The position numbers and the translations under genes are program-made. Below are positions 59,913 to 64,000 of a DNA stretch of 64,000 nucleotides, in pieces. Position 1 is the stretch's first letter, and every line of letters starts with the position of its first letter. This DNA is from Schizochytrium sp. TIO01 (Eukaryota; Protista; Bigyra: Labyrinthulomycetes). A model generated the notes under the pieces. It was not told where the DNA came from. It ran no database searches and saw nothing but the letters and a program-made list of their open reading frames with translations. The stretch spans positions 4,042,040 through 4,106,039 of the forward strand of contig SMSO01000035.1 of assembly GCA_004764695.1 (NCBI GenBank), in the 5' to 3' direction.

Positions 59913-61586
59913 TTAGGGCAAGCTTGGCCCAACACTATCTGCTTCTGGGTATGTTTCAAGTCCATCGATCCCGTGACCGGGAGGCATGCTTGGTCCAATC
60001 GTATTTGCCTCGGGATAAGCTGAGCTGTAATCGCCGTGACCGGGAGGCATGTTTGGTCCAATCGTATCTACCTCGGGATACGCTGAGCTGTAATCACCGT
60101 GACCAGGGGGCATGCTTGGTCCAATCGAATCTGCCTCGGGATACACCGAGCCGTAATCACCCTGGCCAGAGGGCATACTTGGGCCTACATTATCTGCTTC
60201 AGGATAGGCTGAACTGTAGTGGATCTGATTCGAAGGTAGACTCGGACCAGTGGTATTTGCTTCTGGATAAGCAGAATCAGTATCATAACAGTGAGGTTGA
60301 ACACTAGGACCAACATAGTGTTGCCCATCTTCGGACTCGCTACCTCTCGTATTAGAAGTTGCTTCATAATGAGCCAAGTCACTAGACAAATGGCTTGTAT
60401 CCTCTTGTATACTACCATCATCCTCATCAAGAGCGAGTTGTTTGCGTTCACGCTCGAGGCGGACTTCTTCTTCCTCACGCTGCTTTGCGACGGCCTTTGC
60501 CTCCTCCTCGAACTGCTCGCGCTTAGCAAGAACAGCATTGAGATTCACTTGATAATCTTCCTCAATATCCGAGAAGATGTCATCGTCATCATCATCATTA
60601 TTACCGCCTTTGTCGATACTAGCGTCAATTTGGTTTGCGCTCACATCTTTTTGTCTTGATGATAGCTCAGTTCCAGTATTGCTACTATCAAAATTGGTTT
60701 TCGATCTCTTCGTAAGAGAAGCTTTTGATAAGGCTTTCGCAGATCTTAAATGTTTAGCACGGATGAGCTCCAGAGCTCGTTGCAAAGGTCCCGTTACAGA
60801 CGAGTGCCATCCCTGAAGCGTCATCATCGTTAACGGGGCGGCGGAATCCACAACACCCGAACTTGTGTCAGGCACTTTAGATTTAATTCTCGGAATACGG
60901 CCGTCGCCATCATAGATATATGCGAGCACGCCGGGCTGAAACAAATTGCTACGGTGCCTTTTTTTAATCACAATGCGCTGCTCTGTTTTGTTTCTTTCGA
61001 GGCAAGCTTTTACGACAGACTGCGCGACAGCTGAAACCGATGTGGTTGCCAGTTCCCCAGACCCTGCTGCAGTTTTGAGGTTGGCCTCGTGCTCGAGCCG
61101 GATTTCCTCCCGCCTACGCTGGACCTGTTCCAAATCAAGCCCTTTTTTTGCATGACCGAGATCTCCAAGAGCCCCATCCCCAGAACCTAGCACAGACGCA
61201 TACTCACTAGCAATATGCGCTGCATCCACAAGCCCTCCAGCGGATTTTCCTGAGCGACGTTCTGCTGCGCGATCTCTATACCCAAGACCTCCAGAAACCG
61301 CTGACACTTCATCCTCCGCATTTCGAGATTTATCCTTTGCATCGATTTCATTTCCAAAATCGTTTTTATACTCGTTATTGACCTCATTGTTGTCGCTTTT
61401 GTTGTCAAAGTCATTGTCATCGTCACCAAAGAGTCTGGCCTCATCGTCGTCATCATACTCTGCGCCACGGGAGTCTAAAGCCCGTTTTCGCTTGGCCTGG
61501 CGCCTACGAGCGTCATCCCTACGAACCTCTGAAAGCACCGCCGCATCCACCTTGCGGCCCATAACCTCCTCGGGAGCGCCCTTCAT
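59913..61586 (-). CDS. RED/IK (Smu2)-like spliceosomal protein N-terminal domain with repetitive C-terminus
   Basis: YRDRAAERR, H.KKGLD, SNLFQPGVLAYIYD...P, DDDDIFSDI resemble RED_N family motifs. First ATG at 61586. Confidence 0.75.
   Translation of the reverse strand: MKGAPEEVMGRKVDAAVLSEVRRDDARRRQAKRKRALDSRGAEYDDDDEARLFGDDDNDFDNKSDNNEVNNEYKNDFGNEIDAKDKSRNAEDEVSAVSGGLGYRDRAAERRSGKSAGGLVDAAHIASEYASVLGSGDGALGDLGHAKKGLDLEQVQRRREEIRLEHEANLKTAAGSGELATTSVSAVAQSVVKACLERNKTEQRIVIKKRHRSNLFQPGVLAYIYDGDGRIPRIKSKVPDTSSGVVDSAAPLTMMTLQGWHSSVTGPLQRALELIRAKHLRSAKALSKASLTKRSKTNFDSSNTGTELSSRQKDVSANQIDASIDKGGNNDDDDDDIFSDIEEDYQVNLNAVLAKREQFEEEAKAVAKQREEEEVRLERERKQLALDEDDGSIQEDTSHLSSDLAHYEATSNTRGSESEDGQHYVGPSVQPHCYDTDSAYPEANTTGPSLPSNQIHYSSAYPEADNVGPSMPSGQGDYGSVYPEADSIGPSMPPGHGDYSSAYPEVDTIGPNMPPGHGDYSSAYPEANTIGPSMPPGHGIDGLETYPEADSVGPSLP
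59916..60280 (-). repeat. 63-bp coding tandem repeat (~6 copies; YSSAYPEADxIGPSMPPGHGD)
   Basis: GGTCCAATCG recurs at 59992, 60055 and 60118 (63-nt period). Confidence 0.92.
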
Positions 61587-61941
61587 GGAGTAAAGTCTGC
61601 TAAATGATTGGCACACCCACCCACAATCAGGCTAGCTCAGTGGCGAGTTGAAGAGAATCACACTCTCGTTGCGTAAGCGCACTCGGTGACTTTACTGTCT
61701 CTGCGCAAGGGATCTCAAGTTCCAGATTTGTTTGGAGGCCGAACTCGTGGACTAGTACGAGTAGACTTTATCCTTTCTTTTCAAAGGCAATCTCATATTC
61801 CTCAAATCCTCAGGACCAAGCAAACCTACTTTGAAATAGATCGCTCCAGCAGCGCTCTCGCTTGGCTTCAGCGATTTCTTGTTGAACATTCCTGCGAGTT
61901 AGTCTCTCGCAGTCGGGTTTTTAGGCCCTTTCTTTGTCACG

Positions 61942-63057
61942 ATGGCGGCTATGGCTGCAACATCCTCCGCGATGGAGGCAGAGCATGACCAAGATGAGGA
62001 CCTCATGGAGCTTTTGCAAGCGCTCGAGCCGCTCCCGCTATCAGTTCTGGACTCTGTACTGGGTGGTATGCTTTACCCAACCGGTACTATCGGTGACCTA
62101 AAGCAATGGCGTGGTAATACTGGTCTTGCGGAGTCTCTTCGCAGTATGTACCTCCGCAAGGCCTTTGGTCATGGTCAGGCATATGCGGAGCGCCTCGCGC
62201 TCATCTCCGATGCGGGATTCTTGCCGACGCGACAAGCCCTGATTGAGCTTTTTGGGCTGCAAAGACCCTCGGTGGAGGCATGGACACGTGCTGGCCCGAA
62301 GGACCACCTTGCGCGGAAACAAGAGCTCATGAAGCAGGCGCTCGAGGCGTCACCTCCGGGAAGCGTCGCCGCATGGACTTTAGAGGACAAACTCGAGGCT
62401 CTTGGATGTGCCATATGGGGCCGCAACACTTTTAACCTCATTGCGGAGGAGACTGGTCGATACGAGTTCTACACAGCCGAGTTTGTTGAGCAAATCGCCG
62501 CCTACCTCCATGGAAGACTTGAAGCACTTGGTGGCGGAAGTCTCGTCGAAGTAGGTGCGGGAAACGGCTCTCTCACATTTTTTATCAACGCTGCCCTTGA
62601 GCAACTTGGATCTAAACATAGGTGTGTGGCAACAGACCCCGATCTGCGGCCTGCGCCGCGCCAAAAGACTGGAGCTTCAGGAGAGTCGGGAGAGTATGAC
62701 ATCGAGGCACTCGATGTAACGCAAGCTCTGGAAAAGCATAAACCCACGATTGTACTATGCGCATGGATGCCGATGGATACAGACTGGAGCGCAGAATTCC
62801 GAGCATGCAGCTCCGTAAAGGAGTATGTGCTGGTAGGTGAAGCTGATTTTGGTGCCTGTGGTCATAATTGGCTCACGTGGGGCAACCCGGAGTATAAAGA
62901 GGATGGCCTTGCAGGAGCTGATTCAGGCACGCCACCTTCGGTAGCGGACGGATGGGAGCGATTAGACCTGCTTGAAATCTCCAAGTGGCAAATGCAGCGG
63001 TATGACAGCAACTACTACTCTGGAAACTCAGTCACGGTAGCTTTTCGTAGGCGTTAG
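61942..63057 (+). CDS. Putative class I SAM-dependent methyltransferase-fold protein
   Basis: LVEVGAGNGSL (motif I), CVATD, IVLCAWMP, EYVLVGE. Confidence 0.65.
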   Translation: MAAMAATSSAMEAEHDQDEDLMELLQALEPLPLSVLDSVLGGMLYPTGTIGDLKQWRGNTGLAESLRSMYLRKAFGHGQAYAERLALISDAGFLPTRQALIELFGLQRPSVEAWTRAGPKDHLARKQELMKQALEASPPGSVAAWTLEDKLEALGCAIWGRNTFNLIAEETGRYEFYTAEFVEQIAAYLHGRLEALGGGSLVEVGAGNGSLTFFINAALEQLGSKHRCVATDPDLRPAPRQKTGASGESGEYDIEALDVTQALEKHKPTIVLCAWMPMDTDWSAEFRACSSVKEYVLVGEADFGACGHNWLTWGNPEYKEDGLAGADSGTPPSVADGWERLDLLEISKWQMQRYDSNYYSGNSVTVAFRRR

Positions 63058-63628
63058 TTTGATGCTCACTATTACACTACAAGTTTGCCAGATAAATGTA
63101 TGAATACACATACGAAAGCAACATACAGCATAGAATCATTCAATTTGAACAAATCTAGCTTGAATTTCGACTCACTATCACCACCCACGACTATAACTTA
63201 AATATATCGTTCACATTGTTCACCCTGTGTTGATTCCTGATTGATGTTCGGAGAAGAGAATTAGCAAGTAAGAAGACAAGCTATTTCCTTTCACTTCACA
63301 AGTACTGAATTTAACCATTGAATACTCATCTCCCCTTGTTCTGCAAGCTTTGATGCTGCAACTCTCCTTCATAAACCCTCATTTCTCTCTCTTATATACA
63401 TCAACAAATGTACATATCATGTTTCCTTATAGTTGCTGTTATCTTATGTAGGTATTCCCATGGGCCCAATAAAACGCAGGGTAAGGCCATAATCTGAACA
63501 TCTAATATACTAATAAAGGAATGAGATATTCCAGGAAACAAACAAGAATCGATAGCAAAGAGGCATTAGTGAATATCAAATGTTGAAATTTGTCTCGGTT
63601 CGAGTTTAGCAAGTGTACATGTTTTGAA

Positions 63629-64000
63629 TCAGTCGACTAAACTTATGCAGTTCTCATCTTCATCTTTGTCAACAAGAGAGGTTGCGGTAGGCTCGGTGTC
63701 TAAGACAGAAGTTGGGAGGTCGTCTTCCTCAGTAATGGCAATTGCCGCAGTTGTCCCTGAGGAGCTAGACGAAGCTGAGTTGGCTCCCAACTTGTCCAGG
63801 GCGGCATTAATTTTCACGACAGAATCTTTCATGGGACCTAAAATGTGTGAAACGTCACCACATCCAACTACATGAAGATTTTTCGGATTTGAGTCAGCAG
63901 TCCTCTGGCCACTTTCGAGCCATTGGGAGCACTGGTCTTTGATATCTTGCTTTTTTAAGGAGAAATGTGCTTCAAGCACATCTTTGAAAAGATATGGAGG
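63629..64000 (-). CDS. 3' end of a BIRC6/Apollon-like large ubiquitin-conjugating (E2) protein; 5' part outside the window
   Basis: Frame is open to the window edge. PPYLFKDVLEAHFSLKKQDIKDQCSQWLE resembles the post-UBC helix of BIRC6-type E2s (F..VI..HFYLK...I..QC..W). Confidence 0.65.
   Translation of the reverse strand, partial: PPYLFKDVLEAHFSLKKQDIKDQCSQWLESGQRTADSNPKNLHVVGCGDVSHILGPMKDSVVKINAALDKLGANSASSSSSGTTAAIAITEEDDLPTSVLDTEPTATSLVDKDEDENCISLVD

Noticed and set aside
59916-60280. Regularly spaced repeats as a CRISPR-like array
   Set aside because: In-frame coding minisatellite with no unique spacers, in a eukaryotic gene.

Overview
Gene-dense, intron-poor eukaryotic nuclear DNA. Gene content, codon usage and flagellar genes suggest a stramenopile protist, probably a thraustochytrid/labyrinthulomycete (inference). 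Conserved genes: dynein light chain, WDR17, sulfatase, TMEM135-like, proteasome alpha1/PSMA6 (3 exons), FAD monooxygenase, RPN2/PSMD1, enoyl-CoA hydratase/3-hydroxyacyl-CoA dehydrogenase, SPAG1, importin-5-like, RED-like, a methyltransferase-like protein and the 3' end of a BIRC6-like E2. Two accessory blocks stand out. (1) A tandem trio of orphan receptors at 21.1-26.5 kb, each with one N-terminal EGF-like module fused directly to a 7TM bundle; this is the best candidate for an undescribed system. (2) A decayed island at 10.9-14.6 kb containing an ASH2L/Bre2 SPRY pseudogene, two AT-rich virus-like convergent ORF remnants and a Fic-domain pseudogene that the ORF track does not show. Five otherwise intact genes carry +1 frameshifts, several at CCTT/AAGG; these are most likely assembly errors but should be tested. 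No tRNA, rRNA, CRISPR array or recognisable transposase was seen.
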